Positions 20,150 to 30,975 of a stretch of 52,731 bases of DNA are shown in pieces. The stretch covers positions 1 to 52,731 of the forward strand of contig JANQHR010000060.1 of assembly GCA_028282585.1 (NCBI GenBank), given 5' to 3'. Numbering within the stretch: position 1 is the first letter of the stretch; every line of letters begins with the position of its first letter. Position numbers and translations under genes: made by a program. Under the pieces are notes generated by a model that was not told the origin of the DNA, searched no databases, and saw only the letters and a program-made list of their open reading frames with translations. This DNA comes from Bacteroidales bacterium. Its GTDB lineage: Bacteria; Bacteroidota; Bacteroidia; Bacteroidales; UBA12077.

Positions 20150-20887
20150 ATGATTAAGGTTAAAAACTATACTTTAAATTTAGACTTTAATGATCCTGAT
20201 AAAATCTTAGAGATTTATAAATTAGATGGTAAAGTACTTAAAAGTAGTAAAAGGAGTTTAGTTAAGCTTGTTAACTATAGAGGTTATAAAATTGTTGTTA
20301 AAGAACCCAGGTATCAAAATAAAAGAAAAAGATTTAGATTACTGAGTCTTTTTTCAAAAAGTGAAGCACAAAAAGCGTTAGATAGTATGGAGCTTCTTAA
20401 TAAAAATGGAATACCCACCAATAAACCGTTAGTTTCGTATGAAAAAAGAAAATTTGGAATGGTAGAGGAGAGCTTTGAGCTATATGAGCATTTGGAGGGA
20501 GAGGTGGTTACAAGCAAACATGCTAGGGATGTAATATCACTTTTAAAGAAAATTCATAATTTAGGTTATGTACATAATGATACTCAGGTTCGAAACTTTA
20601 TTTTTAATGAAAATCAAGTTTATACCATAGATTGTAAGCTAATTCCAAAAACATTTGGTAAAATTTCAGAGTATTCAGCTTTTATTGGTTTTGCTGTCGA
20701 TATAAAGGAAGCCTTGAAGTATATAAACCAAAAAAGTTTTTCTTATAAAATTGCCTACTTTTTCTATTTATATTTTAGATTCTTTAGAAGAACCAAGAAA
20801 AAGATACGTTTAGCACTAAATCTTCAGCCTGGGCGTTATAAAGAAACTTTAAACAAAAAAGAGCGTCAGCGTGTTTCAATTGGTTGA
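20150..20887 (+). CDS. Lipopolysaccharide core kinase (Kdo/WaaP/WaaY-like family)
   Basis: Kinase-like VVK, conserved E, HNDTQVRNF catalytic loop and TID; basic C-terminus; ATG at 20150. Confidence 0.7.
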   Translation: MIKVKNYTLNLDFNDPDKILEIYKLDGKVLKSSKRSLVKLVNYRGYKIVVKEPRYQNKRKRFRLLSLFSKSEAQKALDSMELLNKNGIPTNKPLVSYEKRKFGMVEESFELYEHLEGEVVTSKHARDVISLLKKIHNLGYVHNDTQVRNFIFNENQVYTIDCKLIPKTFGKISEYSAFIGFAVDIKEALKYINQKSFSYKIAYFFYLYFRFFRRTKKKIRLALNLQPGRYKETLNKKERQRVSIG

Positions 20888-20925
20888 ATCTATGACGAAC
20901 CTATTCTTTTTAATTGAATATTTAA

Positions 20926-23388
20926 ATGCAAAAAAATATATATCTTTTATTTTTAACCACCTTATTGCAAATTAGCTTTTTATCTTCTTTTGCGCAATTA
21001 ACAAAAGTAAGAGGTGTTGTTCGGGATGCTGAAACTAATGAGCCGATTTCGTTTGTAAATGTAACTTTCAAGAATTCTAGTATTGGAACTATTACAAATA
21101 CCGATGGTGAATATTTTTTAGAGAGTAGAGAATATTACGATTCTATAATTTTATCATTTGTTGGATATAAGAAACAGACGCATGTAGTCAAAAAAAATCA
21201 GTTTCAAGAAATTAATTTTCTATTAGAACCAAATGTGTTTGAGTTAGATGAAATCGTAGTCCTCCCAACTGAAAATCCGGCTCATCCGATTCTTCGAAAT
21301 ATAATTGCTAATAAAGAAAAACATAATCCAAATAAAATTGATTTTTATTCTTACAGATTATATAATAAAATAGAAATCGATGTAAACAATGTTGACGAGG
21401 AATTTAAAAAAAACAGGCTTTTCAGAGACTTTCAGTTTATATTTGATTATGTTGATACTTCAACAATTACGGGCAAACCTTATTTGCCAATATTTATTAC
21501 AGAAACTCTATCTGATTTTTATTATACTAAAAGTCCCGAAAGGGAAAGGGAAATTATTATAGCGTCAAAAATATCTGGTTTCGAGAATGCTAGTTTATCC
21601 CAATTTACCGGTAAAATGTACCAGGACATTAATATTTATGAAAATTATCAGTCCGTATTTGAACCAGGATTTGTGAGTCCAATTGCAGATTTTGGCTTAA
21701 TGTTTTATAAATACTATTTAATTGACAGTTCTTTTATTGGTGATAAATGGTGCTACCAAATTTCATTTGTACCTAAAAGAAAACAGGAAAGAACGTTTCG
21801 CGGAGATTTCTGGGTAAATGATACAACATTTGCAATTGTAAAAATACAAATGAGAATGGCGAAAGATGTAAACCTAAACTATATTAATGATTTTGTTGCA
21901 GAATATGAGTATGCTCCTGTTGATGATAGTTTATGGTTTGTTACAAAAGAAAAAATGTTCTTTGATTTTAATATTACTGACAGGTCAACCGGTTTTTTCG
22001 GGAGAAAAACTACCTCTTATACAGATATTAATTTGAAAACTCCTCCTCCTGAAAATATAACAGGTTTGAATGAGAATATTATAGTAAAGGAAGATGCATT
22101 AATAAGCGATATGGAGTTTTGGGATGCAAACAGACCAATGAAGTTAACACCAAAAGAAAAACAGATTTATGATATGGTTGATTCTATTCAGAAAGTTCCA
22201 ATATATACTACTTTCGAAAAAATAGTGTCCATGTTTGTTATGTATCATTACGAAATAGGGAAATTTCAAATTGGCCCATATTATAAATTTTATAGTTTTA
22301 ACGAAATAGAAGGTAACAGATTCAGGTTTGGAGGAGAAACAAGTAGAAATTTTAGTACAACCTATCAAATAAATGCTCATGCGGCCTATGGCGATAAAGA
22401 TAACCGCTTTAAGTTTGGACTTGGGTACATTTATTTATTTGATAAAAATCCCAGAGTTTCGCTTGAAATGCAGTTCAAACATGATATTCAACAATTAGGA
22501 CAAAGTCCGAATGCTTTAACCGAAGATAACTTTTTTACCTCAATACTAAGGAGAAACCCAAACTATAAACTAACGATGGTGGATGATTTTAGAACTACGT
22601 TCGAAAAAGAGTGGTTTCAAGGATTAACTACAAAATTTACATTTAACTATAGAGACATTGAATCATCTGAATATGTGCAATTTCAAAATGCCAGTGCTAC
22701 TGATACGGTTTTTTATAGTTCAATTACAACCTCCGAAATAACTCTGAATGCAAGATATGCCAAAGATGAAAAAATTGTACGTGGTAGTTTTAACAGATTA
22801 AGTTTAGGTACCCATAGTCCAGTATTTACGTTAAACTTTACTGCCGGATTAAAAAATATACTTAATAGTGATTACGAATATTATAAAGTGAATTTGAGTG
22901 TCGAGGATAAAATTCATATGGGATTATTTGGACATTTAAGGTTCATTGTTGATGCTGGAAAATTATATGGAACGATGCCGTATCCGCTTCTAAAACTACA
23001 TGAAGGTAACGAAACATATGCTCTTGATAGGTATGCTTATAATATGATGAATTATTATGAATTTGCAAGTGATGAATATTTAAGTCTTTCTTTAGAGCAG
23101 CATTTTCAAGGATTATTTTTGAACAAGATTCCGATTATGAGAAAACTGAAATGGAGAGAGGTCGTTTCTGCAAAAGGTGTTATTGGAGATTTAAGTGATA
23201 GGCACCAATCTGTTATGGACTTTCCGGAAGGTCTGCATAAGATAAACAAGCCATATTTAGAAGCTAGTGTAGGTATTGAAAACATATTAAAGGTTATTCG
23301 CGTTGATGCTATGTGGCGATTATCTCATTTAGATAATGATGATATCCAAAAATTTGGTTTAAGAATTGGCTTGCAGATTATTTTTTAG
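20926..23388 (+). CDS. Outer-membrane protein with a carboxypeptidase-regulatory-like domain plus DUF5686
   Basis: Signal peptide, GVVRDAETNEPISFVNV...SFVGY N-domain, EASVGIENI and terminal Phe. Confidence 0.82.
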   Translation: MQKNIYLLFLTTLLQISFLSSFAQLTKVRGVVRDAETNEPISFVNVTFKNSSIGTITNTDGEYFLESREYYDSIILSFVGYKKQTHVVKKNQFQEINFLLEPNVFELDEIVVLPTENPAHPILRNIIANKEKHNPNKIDFYSYRLYNKIEIDVNNVDEEFKKNRLFRDFQFIFDYVDTSTITGKPYLPIFITETLSDFYYTKSPEREREIIIASKISGFENASLSQFTGKMYQDINIYENYQSVFEPGFVSPIADFGLMFYKYYLIDSSFIGDKWCYQISFVPKRKQERTFRGDFWVNDTTFAIVKIQMRMAKDVNLNYINDFVAEYEYAPVDDSLWFVTKEKMFFDFNITDRSTGFFGRKTTSYTDINLKTPPPENITGLNENIIVKEDALISDMEFWDANRPMKLTPKEKQIYDMVDSIQKVPIYTTFEKIVSMFVMYHYEIGKFQIGPYYKFYSFNEIEGNRFRFGGETSRNFSTTYQINAHAAYGDKDNRFKFGLGYIYLFDKNPRVSLEMQFKHDIQQLGQSPNALTEDNFFTSILRRNPNYKLTMVDDFRTTFEKEWFQGLTTKFTFNYRDIESSEYVQFQNASATDTVFYSSITTSEITLNARYAKDEKIVRGSFNRLSLGTHSPVFTLNFTAGLKNILNSDYEYYKVNLSVEDKIHMGLFGHLRFIVDAGKLYGTMPYPLLKLHEGNETYALDRYAYNMMNYYEFASDEYLSLSLEQHFQGLFLNKIPIMRKLKWREVVSAKGVIGDLSDRHQSVMDFPEGLHKINKPYLEASVGIENILKVIRVDAMWRLSHLDNDDIQKFGLRIGLQIIF

Positions 23389-23458
23389 TTGACTAAGTGC
23401 AGTAAAACATCAAAGATGTTTTTAATAAAATATATACATTTGCAAAAAATACTTAATA

Positions 23459-24217
23459 ATGAGCGAGGAAAAAAAGATAAAACTTCATACCGATACCTTA
23501 GTAAAAAAATATCGATCGAGAACAGTTGTAAAAGGTGTTTCTGTTGAAGTGGAACAGGGCGAAATAGTTGGACTTTTAGGTCCGAACGGGGCAGGAAAAA
23601 CAACAACTTTTTATATGATTGTTGGATTAGTTACACCAAATTCAGGAAAAATCTATCTTGACAATACCGATATTACTAACGAACCTGTATATAAAAGAGC
23701 GCAAAAAGGAGTCGGATATCTTGCTCAGGAAGCTTCTGTATTCAGAAAATTAAGCATCGAGGATAATATTAAGGCTGTTCTGGAAATGTCAAAAATGACA
23801 AAAGAAGAACAACGTGATCGATTAGAAAATCTTTTGGATGAATTTGGTTTGCAGAAAATCCGAAAAAGTTTAGGAATTCAACTTTCTGGTGGTGAGCGTC
23901 GAAGAACTGAAATAGCAAGAGCATTAGCAATAAAACCAAAGTTTATTCTTCTGGATGAGCCTTTTGCAGGAGTTGATCCAATTGCTGTAGAAGATATTCA
24001 GGAAATTGTTGGAAAACTAAAGAAAAAAAATATTGGAATTCTAATTACAGATCATAATGTACACGAAACTTTATCGATTACTGATCGTGCTTATCTACTT
24101 TTCGAGGGATCAATTTTAAAAGCCGGTAATGCAAAAGAACTGGCAGAAGATGAACAGGTTCGTCGGGTTTATTTAGGAAAAAACTTTGATCTAAGAACAA
24201 TTGGAATAGAAGATTAA
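23459..24217 (+). CDS. lptB: LPS export ABC transporter ATP-binding protein LptB
   Basis: [38 protein letters not shown] and ITDHNV motifs. Confidence 0.95.
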   Translation: MSEEKKIKLHTDTLVKKYRSRTVVKGVSVEVEQGEIVGLLGPNGAGKTTTFYMIVGLVTPNSGKIYLDNTDITNEPVYKRAQKGVGYLAQEASVFRKLSIEDNIKAVLEMSKMTKEEQRDRLENLLDEFGLQKIRKSLGIQLSGGERRRTEIARALAIKPKFILLDEPFAGVDPIAVEDIQEIVGKLKKKNIGILITDHNVHETLSITDRAYLLFEGSILKAGNAKELAEDEQVRRVYLGKNFDLRTIGIED

Positions 24218-24253
24218 AATTAGAAAAACTGGAATAATCTATCCAATGGAAAA

Positions 24254-24565
24254 ATGAAACAATTGAAAATTATCATATTATTTCTTGGTATTTTTATGTT
24301 TTTTTCGTGTTCTATTCAAAAAGAACAAGTAGGAAATTATGAAAATTTAAAAGGCAAAACGATAACTTATGAAAAAGGTAAAAATATTTATCTTTTTTGG
24401 GATCAAGTTCAATTACAGAATATAGAAAAAGATATCAAGATAAAAGATTATGAAAAAACTACAAGAAGAAATGTATTTGATAATATAATATATTATGGTA
24501 CTTTCGGAGTAGTTTCTTTTTATACTGTTACTATAAAAACGAAGGAAAAAAAGCCTCGAAATTAG
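24254..24565 (+). CDS. Small lipoprotein, possibly Bor-like
   Basis: Lipoprotein signal ending FFSC; C-terminal FDNIIYYGTFGVVSFYTV resembles Bor-family tails. Confidence 0.55.
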   Translation: MKQLKIIILFLGIFMFFSCSIQKEQVGNYENLKGKTITYEKGKNIYLFWDQVQLQNIEKDIKIKDYEKTTRRNVFDNIIYYGTFGVVSFYTVTIKTKEKKPRN

Positions 24566-24647
24566 CACAGTATCTTTTCGGATTAGTGCATTGTGTGTAA
24601 AAACTATATTTTTAATAAATATTTTTATGTATTACAAAAATTTGTAA

Positions 24648-24655
24648 TATATTTG
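24648..24655 (+). promoter_or_regulatory. -7 promoter element for tRNA-Leu/tig
   Basis: TATATTTG ends 11 nt upstream of the tRNA. Confidence 0.65.
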
Positions 24656-24666
24656 CACACACTTTT

Positions 24667-24748
24667 GCGGATGTGGCGTAATTGGTAGCCGCGCTAGACT
24701 TAGGATCTAGTGTCGAAAGACGTGGGGGTTCGAGTCCCTTCATCCGCA
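24667..24748 (+). tRNA. tRNA-Leu (anticodon TAG)
   Basis: GCGGATG/CATCCGC acceptor stem, CTAGA-CTTAGGA-TCTAG anticodon arm, long variable arm (GTC-GAAA-GAC) and GGTTCGAGTCC T arm. Confidence 0.96.
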
Positions 24749-24834
24749 CTAATGAGACAAACCGCTCAAACTATCGAATAGAATCGGTGGCTTGGCGGTT
24801 TTTTAAAATTTATAAATTCTCAAACAAACAAGTA

Positions 24835-26217
24835 ATGAACATAGTTAAAGAGAGCACTGGTGATTTAACTGCGATACTTAAAGTGAACATTTCTGAGAAA
24901 GATTATGCAGAAAAAGTTGAAAATGTTCTTAAGGATTATCGTAAGAAGGCACGTATCGATGGATTCCGTCCGGGAAAAGTTCCGACAGGATTAATAAAAA
25001 AAATGTATGGAAAAGGAATTCTTGTTGAGGAAGTAAACAAACTGATTTCTGAATCTCTAACAAATTATATCCGCGACGAAAAATTAAATATTCTTGGAGA
25101 ACCATTACCCACAGAGAATCAAAAGACGGCTGATTTTGATAATGAAACTGAATTTGAATTTTCTTTTGATGTTGCTTTGGCTCCCGAAATTGAAGTTAAA
25201 TTAACAAAAAGAGATAAAGTTCCTTATTACGAAATCAAGGTGGATGAAAAGTTATTAGAAACGCATACAGATAATTACGCTCGTCGTTTTGGTGAATTTA
25301 AAGACGTGGAAGAAACTACCGATAATGAAATGCTAACTGGTAATTTTGTTCAGTTAGATGCTGAAGGAAATGCTTTAGAGGATGGAATAAAAGCTGAAGA
25401 AGTTAAAATTACCATTGAGTATATCAAAAACGAAGAAATTAAAAAGACATTTGCAGGACATAAAGCTGGAGATACTGTTAAGTTTGATGTTAGAAAGGCC
25501 TATCCAAGTGATTCTGAAATTGCTTCTATGCTAAGAATAGATAAAGAAGTTGCGAAAAATATTAATGGAGATTTCAATTTTGAAATAAAACTAGTTCAAC
25601 GTTTTGACAAAGCTGAGGTTAACCAGGAGTTATATGATAAGGCCTTTGGTAAAGATGTAGTTAAAACAAAAGAAGAGTTTGACACAAAGCTTTCAGAAGA
25701 AATTAAAGCCAATTTTATTCGCGAAACTGATTATAGATTCTTAATTGATGCAAAAAAGAAGTTTGTTGATAAATTTAATCCGACGTTACCTTCAGAATTC
25801 CTTAAGCGTTGGTTAACAGTGGTTAATGAAGGTAAATTTACACCTGAACAAATTGAAGAGGAATTTCCAAGATTTGAAGATGATTTAAAATGGCAGATTA
25901 TAAAAGATAATATTATTAAAGAAAATGAAATTAAGGTTGAGGAAAAGGATATTATTGATGCTGCTAAAGAGGTTACTGCTGCCCAGTTTGCACAATACGG
26001 GCTTGCAAACCTACCTGATGAGCAATTAGAGCAATACGCGATGGAAATTCTTAAAAAGGATGAGGAAAGAAGAAAACTTTATGACAAAAAGTTCGAAGAT
26101 AAGGTTCTTGAATTCATTAAAGAAGCTATAAAATTAGATACAAAAGAAGTTTCTGTTGAAGATTTCCAAAAACTATTTGAAGAGGAGCAGAAAAAAGCTG
26201 AAAAAAAGAATAAATAA
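24835..26217 (+). CDS. tig: Trigger factor
   Basis: DGFRPGKVP ribosome-binding signature; ATG at 24835 (the longer ORF reads through the tRNA); upstream of clpPX. Confidence 0.95.
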   Translation: MNIVKESTGDLTAILKVNISEKDYAEKVENVLKDYRKKARIDGFRPGKVPTGLIKKMYGKGILVEEVNKLISESLTNYIRDEKLNILGEPLPTENQKTADFDNETEFEFSFDVALAPEIEVKLTKRDKVPYYEIKVDEKLLETHTDNYARRFGEFKDVEETTDNEMLTGNFVQLDAEGNALEDGIKAEEVKITIEYIKNEEIKKTFAGHKAGDTVKFDVRKAYPSDSEIASMLRIDKEVAKNINGDFNFEIKLVQRFDKAEVNQELYDKAFGKDVVKTKEEFDTKLSEEIKANFIRETDYRFLIDAKKKFVDKFNPTLPSEFLKRWLTVVNEGKFTPEQIEEEFPRFEDDLKWQIIKDNIIKENEIKVEEKDIIDAAKEVTAAQFAQYGLANLPDEQLEQYAMEILKKDEERRKLYDKKFEDKVLEFIKEAIKLDTKEVSVEDFQKLFEEEQKKAEKKNK

Positions 26218-26242
26218 TATATTTTAAGAAAACATTACTCTC

Positions 26243-26274
26243 AAGGTCGCGTTATTAAACAATGCGACTTTTTT
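26243..26274 (+). terminator. Intrinsic terminator after tig
   Basis: GTCGCGTT...AATGCGAC hairpin followed by TTTTTT. Confidence 0.7.
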
Positions 26275-26495
26275 GTTTAGGCTGACAAATCCATAAATAG
26301 TATGTTTTATTAATATTTATGAATAAATACACACTAACACTGACCTGGATTAGAATTAATTTGGAAAATTTAACTAATTATTCCTAAGTCAGAATTAGAA
26401 TTTATTACATTATGAATTATTCAGGTTAGAATAAATACAAGTTAGTTCAATTTTAACTAACTTTATCTTTTAATAATTTAAAATCAGATAGAATT

Positions 26496-27182
26496 ATGAT
26501 TCCAAAAGATGAATTTAAAAAATATGCAACCAAACATCTAAATATTAGTAGTTTATCGATGGAGAAGTATTCTTCAATGTATAATAACTACATCTCTCCA
26601 ACAATTATTGAAGAGCGTCAAATGAATGTTGCACAAATGGATGTTTTCTCTCGTTTAATGATGGATAGAATAATATTTTTAGGAGTTCCCATCGTTGACG
26701 ATGTTGCGAATATTATTCAAGCTCAATTACTTTTCCTTGAATCTACTGATCCTTCAAAGGATATTCAAATATACATGAATTCTCCTGGAGGGAGTGTTTA
26801 TGCAGGATTAGGTATATATGATACCATGCAGTATATCAAACCAGATATAGCAACTATTTGTACCGGTATGGCGGCTTCGATGAGTGCCGTGTTATTATCT
26901 GCAGGAACAAAAGGAAAAAGAACAGCATTAACGCATTCTCGTATTATGATTCACCAACCAATGGGTGGTGCGCAAGGACAGGCAATTGATATAGAAATTA
27001 CTGCTCGAGAAATTCAAAAATTGAAGAAAGAACTTTATGAAATTCTGGCTCATCATTCGGGTAATACATTTAAAAAGATTGAAAAAGACTCTGACCGCGA
27101 TTATTGGATGACTGCTAAAGAAGCACAAGCGTATGGAATGATTGATGAAGTTCTTGCCAGAAATGGTGGTGAAAAGAAATAA
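26496..27182 (+). CDS. clpP: ATP-dependent Clp protease proteolytic subunit
   Basis: [29 protein letters not shown] and DRDYW motifs. Confidence 0.97.
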   Translation: MIPKDEFKKYATKHLNISSLSMEKYSSMYNNYISPTIIEERQMNVAQMDVFSRLMMDRIIFLGVPIVDDVANIIQAQLLFLESTDPSKDIQIYMNSPGGSVYAGLGIYDTMQYIKPDIATICTGMAASMSAVLLSAGTKGKRTALTHSRIMIHQPMGGAQGQAIDIEITAREIQKLKKELYEILAHHSGNTFKKIEKDSDRDYWMTAKEAQAYGMIDEVLARNGGEKK

Positions 27183-27202
27183 GATTTATTTTACAAAAAA
27201 TT

Positions 27203-27231
27203 AAGCCGCATTAGCGTAATGCGGTTTTTTT
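27203..27231 (+). terminator. Intrinsic terminator between clpP and clpX
   Basis: AAGCCGCATTA-GCG-TAATGCGGTTT hairpin plus T tract. Confidence 0.75.
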
Positions 27232-27273
27232 ATCATAATTATTAACTTTAACTTTGTCTAACTAATTAATTCA

Positions 27274-28503
27274 ATGAGTACAATGGACAAGTGTTCCTTT
27301 TGTGGGAGAGATAAAAAAGATACTAATCTTTTAATTGCTGGTTTATCAGGGCATATTTGTGACCGCTGCATTGAGCAGGCACATGATATTGTTCAGGAGG
27401 AATTGCAGAAAAAGGGCGATTTCGATGTGAATCAAATTGAATTGCTCAAACCAATTGAAATAAAAAACTTCCTTGATCAATATGTAATTGGACAAGAAGA
27501 AGCTAAAAAATACCTTTCTGTTGCAGTTTATAATCACTATAAAAGATTATTGCAAACTAATAAAAAGGAAGAAGAAGAAATTGAAATTGAAAAATCAAAT
27601 ATTGTTTTAGTTGGTGAAACAGGTACTGGTAAAACATTACTTGCACGAACCATTGCTAAAATGCTTCATGTGCCTTTTACTATTGTTGACGCAACTGTCT
27701 TAACTGAGGCTGGTTATGTGGGCGAAGATATTGAAAGTATTTTAACACGCCTATTGCAGGTGGCCGATTACAATGTTGAGGCAGCAGAAAAAGGCATTGT
27801 ATTTATTGATGAGATTGATAAAATAGCCCGTAAAGGTGATAATCCATCCATTACGCGCGACGTTTCCGGAGAAGGTGTTCAGCAAGGTTTACTAAAATTA
27901 CTCGAAGGTTCAATTATAAATGTTCCACCGCAAGGAGGAAGAAAACATCCGGACCAAAAAATGATTCCTGTAAATACAAAAAACATCTTGTTTATATGTG
28001 GCGGGGCGTTTGATGGGATTGAAAGGAAAATAGGACAAAGACTTAATACACAAGTTGTAGGTTATTCTGCAAGTCGTGAAAAAGATCAAATTGACAGGGG
28101 TAATTTATTACAATATATTGCTCCTCAGGATTTAAAGTCTTTTGGATTAATACCTGAAATTATTGGTCGTTTGCCAGTATTAACTTATTTGAATCCTCTG
28201 CAAAGAGAAGCTTTACGTAGAATTTTGACCGAGCCAAAAAATGCTATTATCAAACAATATGAGAAGCTGTTCAACATGGACAGTGTTAAGTTAACATTCG
28301 AAAAGGAAGTTTTGGATTATATAGTGGATAAAGCAATAGAATTCAAATTAGGGGCAAGAGGGTTACGTTCAATATGTGAAGCCATTATGATGGACGTAAT
28401 GTTTGATATTCCGTCAAGTGAAGAAAAAGAAGTTAATATTACAATTGAATATGCAAAAGAAAAAATGGATAAGGTAAATATTCAACGATTAAAAGCTGCT
28501 TAA
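27274..28503 (+). CDS. clpX: ATP-dependent Clp protease ATP-binding subunit ClpX
   Basis: CSFC...CDRC zinc finger, [19 protein letters not shown] and GARGLR motifs. Confidence 0.97.
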   Translation: MSTMDKCSFCGRDKKDTNLLIAGLSGHICDRCIEQAHDIVQEELQKKGDFDVNQIELLKPIEIKNFLDQYVIGQEEAKKYLSVAVYNHYKRLLQTNKKEEEEIEIEKSNIVLVGETGTGKTLLARTIAKMLHVPFTIVDATVLTEAGYVGEDIESILTRLLQVADYNVEAAEKGIVFIDEIDKIARKGDNPSITRDVSGEGVQQGLLKLLEGSIINVPPQGGRKHPDQKMIPVNTKNILFICGGAFDGIERKIGQRLNTQVVGYSASREKDQIDRGNLLQYIAPQDLKSFGLIPEIIGRLPVLTYLNPLQREALRRILTEPKNAIIKQYEKLFNMDSVKLTFEKEVLDYIVDKAIEFKLGARGLRSICEAIMMDVMFDIPSSEEKEVNITIEYAKEKMDKVNIQRLKAA

Positions 28504-28605
28504 TCTGCCTTGGGTAGACAAGTATCTTACTTGGTTATTTAAAATTATTTTTAATTAAATAAATCCGAATCACGGTTTACAAACAAAAGCAGCCTCTCAC
28601 GATAA

Positions 28606-29112
28606 TTATTGGAATTGAGGCTGTTTTTTATTTTTTCGATCAAGCGTTAAGATTGTAAATGCGTATTTATTTTTTTCATCCGGTTCAAAATCTCTTTTTT
28701 CAGTTTCATTCCAGTCATCCATATTAATTTCAGGGAAGAAAGTATCTCCTTCAAATTTATGATGTATCTGCGTTAGATATATTCGGTCTACGATTGGCAT
28801 TGCCAGTTTATAAATTACTCCACCACCGATAACGAACGGTTCCGGATCATCTTTAGCTAAATTAACTGCCTCTTCTAATGAGTGAACAACCACACATCCT
28901 TCTGCTTTATAGTCTTTATCTCGAGTAATAATAACATTGGTTCTGTTTGGTAATGGTCTGCCATTCGATTCAAAGGTTTTTCTTCCCATTATAATGTAAT
29001 GACCTGTTGTTGTTTCCTTAAAATGTTTCATATCTCTCGGTAAGTGCCATACTAACTGGTTATCCTTTCCGATTACATTATTTTTTCCAACAGCTACAAT
29101 AATTGATAACAT
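28606..29112 (-). CDS. folA: Dihydrofolate reductase
   Basis: VIGKDNQLVWHLPRDM, MGRKT, PLPNR, IGGG and GDTFFP motifs. Confidence 0.95.
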   Translation of the reverse strand: MLSIIVAVGKNNVIGKDNQLVWHLPRDMKHFKETTTGHYIIMGRKTFESNGRPLPNRTNVIITRDKDYKAEGCVVVHSLEEAVNLAKDDPEPFVIGGGVIYKLAMPIVDRIYLTQIHHKFEGDTFFPEINMDDWNETEKRDFEPDEKNKYAFTILTLDRKNKKQPQFQ

Positions 29113-29117
29113 AGATA

Positions 29118-29155
29118 TTTGTTTAATGGTTAATTGGTTTAGTGGGTTTATTATT
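29118..29155. repeat. Degenerate ~8-nt tandem array at the 3' end of the four-helix-bundle gene
   Basis: Plus strand tttgttta/atggttaa/ttggttta/gtgggttt. Confidence 0.55.
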
Positions 29156-29500
29156 TCTCAAAAACTTAATATAACCGTTTAACTTCTTTTTGAGCGAAAT
29201 TAATTTATTATTTAAATCAGAATAACTTTCTTCTGAAATTAAATCTCTATTAAAGGATTTTAATAACCAAGTTTTAGTTTCGAAAAGAGAACCCCTAGAA
29301 TAATAACAGAATTGTAAATTCTCTTTATGAAAGTATCTTCCATAACCTTCTGATATATTGGCTTCAATAGAATCAGAAGATTTCACTATTTGTTTTCCAA
29401 TAGTATCTTTCTGAAAATACTCCCATTTAGAAACTAAATTCCAAATTTCATCTGCGATCTTTATTGCTTCTTGATAAACTTCTAAATCTTCTAATTCCAT
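29123..29500 (-). CDS. Four-helix bundle protein (23S rRNA intervening-sequence protein family)
   Basis: LEDLEVYQ, QIVKSSDSIEANISEGYGR and YSRGSLFET motifs. Confidence 0.9.
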   Translation of the reverse strand: MELEDLEVYQEAIKIADEIWNLVSKWEYFQKDTIGKQIVKSSDSIEANISEGYGRYFHKENLQFCYYSRGSLFETKTWLLKSFNRDLISEESYSDLNNKLISLKKKLNGYIKFLRNNKPTKPINH

Positions 29501-29548
29501 AATTACTATTTAACCAATTTACTATAAAACTAATAAACCTTTGAACTA
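29501..29548. repeat. Six degenerate 8-nt tandem units between the thyA stop and the four-helix-bundle ATG
   Basis: Plus strand aattacta/tttaacca/atttacta/taaaacta/ataaacct/ttgaacta. Confidence 0.65.
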
Positions 29549-30340
29549 AACCGAAATAGCTCCTTTTATATGCGGATGAGGATCATAGTCTTCTAATATA
29601 AAATCGTCAAAATCAAAGGATAGAATATCTTTCTTTTCAGGATTCATTTTCAAATTTGGAAGAGATCGGGGCTCTCTTGATAATTGTAATTTTACCTGAT
29701 CAATATGATTTGAATAAATATGCGCGTCGCCTAAAGTATGAACAAACTCATAAGGTTCCAGGTTTGTTGCTTGTGCTACCATTTTTAATAAAATGGCATA
29801 AGAGGCAATATTGAAAGGGACTCCTAGAAATATATCAGCGCTTCTTTGATATAATTGACACGAAAGCTTCCCATTTGCAACATAAAATTGGAATAATATA
29901 TGGCAAGGTGGTAAAGCCATGTTTTTAATATCTGCTACGTTCCATGCACTAACAATATGGCGTCGCGAATCAGGGTTATTTTTAATCGAGTCAATAATTT
30001 GCGCAACCTGATCAACTGATTCGCCATTTGGTGCGGGCCATGATCTCCATTGGTAACCATATATATTGCCTAAATCACCATTTTCATCAGCCCATTCATC
30101 CCAAATTCGAACTTTGTGATCATTTAAATACTTAACATTTGTATCGCCGTTTAAAAACCAAAGTAACTCGTATATGATCGATTTTAAATGAAGTTTTTTT
30201 GTTGTGAGTAAAGGGAAGCCATTTTGTAAATTAAATCTCATTTGGTATCCAAATGTACTTATTGTGCCCGTTCCTGTTCGGTCTTCTTTTTTAGTTCCGT
30301 TTTTTAAAACATGATCAAGAAGTTTCAAGTATTGTTTCAT
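29546..30340 (-). CDS. thyA: Thymidylate synthase
   Basis: [25 protein letters not shown] and [13 protein letters not shown] motifs; 264 aa. Confidence 0.97.
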   Translation of the reverse strand: MKQYLKLLDHVLKNGTKKEDRTGTGTISTFGYQMRFNLQNGFPLLTTKKLHLKSIIYELLWFLNGDTNVKYLNDHKVRIWDEWADENGDLGNIYGYQWRSWPAPNGESVDQVAQIIDSIKNNPDSRRHIVSAWNVADIKNMALPPCHILFQFYVANGKLSCQLYQRSADIFLGVPFNIASYAILLKMVAQATNLEPYEFVHTLGDAHIYSNHIDQVKLQLSREPRSLPNLKMNPEKKDILSFDFDDFILEDYDPHPHIKGAISV

Positions 30341-30519
30341 CTTTACAGTTTTTTCGATAAGTAATTGATTTGATAAAATTAAAAAAACAACGCTCTGTTT
30401 TGTTCAATTTAATAATTTACTATTCAACAGTTTAATTCAGAACTGTTATAAATTGAAGATAAATCCTGTTAATATCAATATATTATGATAATTCTATCTG
30501 TTAATAAAAAATATTTCAC

Positions 30520-30545
30520 TACATTTGGGCATTTAATTGCCTAAA
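30520..30545 (+). promoter_or_regulatory. Rrf2 gene promoter with an overlapping palindromic operator candidate
   Basis: TACATTTG -7 box (30520-30527) overlaps TTTGGGCA-TTTAAT-TGCCTAAA. Confidence 0.55.
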
Positions 30546-30565
30546 TTATTGCAATAAGAACGTAT

Positions 30566-30964
30566 ATGGCAAAAGTATTCACACTTTCGGAGGCAGCGTC
30601 CATTGCATTGCATGGAATGATTTTAATAGCAAAGGAGAAACAGGGGCTAAATGTGCTAAAGATAGCAGAGCGAACAGATACATCTAAACACCATGTAGCA
30701 AAAGTTATGCAACGCTTGGTTAAAGCTGGTTATCTTAGTTCACAAAGAGGACCAAGTGGAGGATTTATCTTACGGAAGAATCCGGCAGAAGTTAACTTTC
30801 TTGAAATATATGAAGTTATCGAAGGTCCGATTGAAGTTGGTGAATGTCCTATGGATAAAAAAATCTGCCCTTTCGATATGTGTTTAATGGATAATGTTAC
30901 TAATAAAATGACATTAGACTTTAAACAGTATTTAAAGAATCAAACAGTAGACAAATATTTGTAA
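30566..30964 (+). CDS. Rrf2 family transcriptional regulator (Fe-S type)
   Basis: wHTH with SQRGPSGGF, EIYEVIEG and three C-terminal Cys (CPMDKKICPFDMC). Confidence 0.9.
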   Translation: MAKVFTLSEAASIALHGMILIAKEKQGLNVLKIAERTDTSKHHVAKVMQRLVKAGYLSSQRGPSGGFILRKNPAEVNFLEIYEVIEGPIEVGECPMDKKICPFDMCLMDNVTNKMTLDFKQYLKNQTVDKYL

Positions 30965-30975
30965 AGAGCTATTAT

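Noticed and set aside
495-24748. Integrative element at either tRNA
   Set aside because: No integrase, no duplicated tRNA 3' end seen, and both tRNAs are flanked by core genes.
24682-24834. 51-aa N-terminal extension of trigger factor
   Set aside because: It overlaps tRNA-Leu and a hairpin; the Tig-like sequence begins at ATG 24835.
29123-29500. Diversity-generating retroelement, suggested by the Avd-like fold
   Set aside because: No reverse transcriptase and no TR/VR repeat pair seen in the window.
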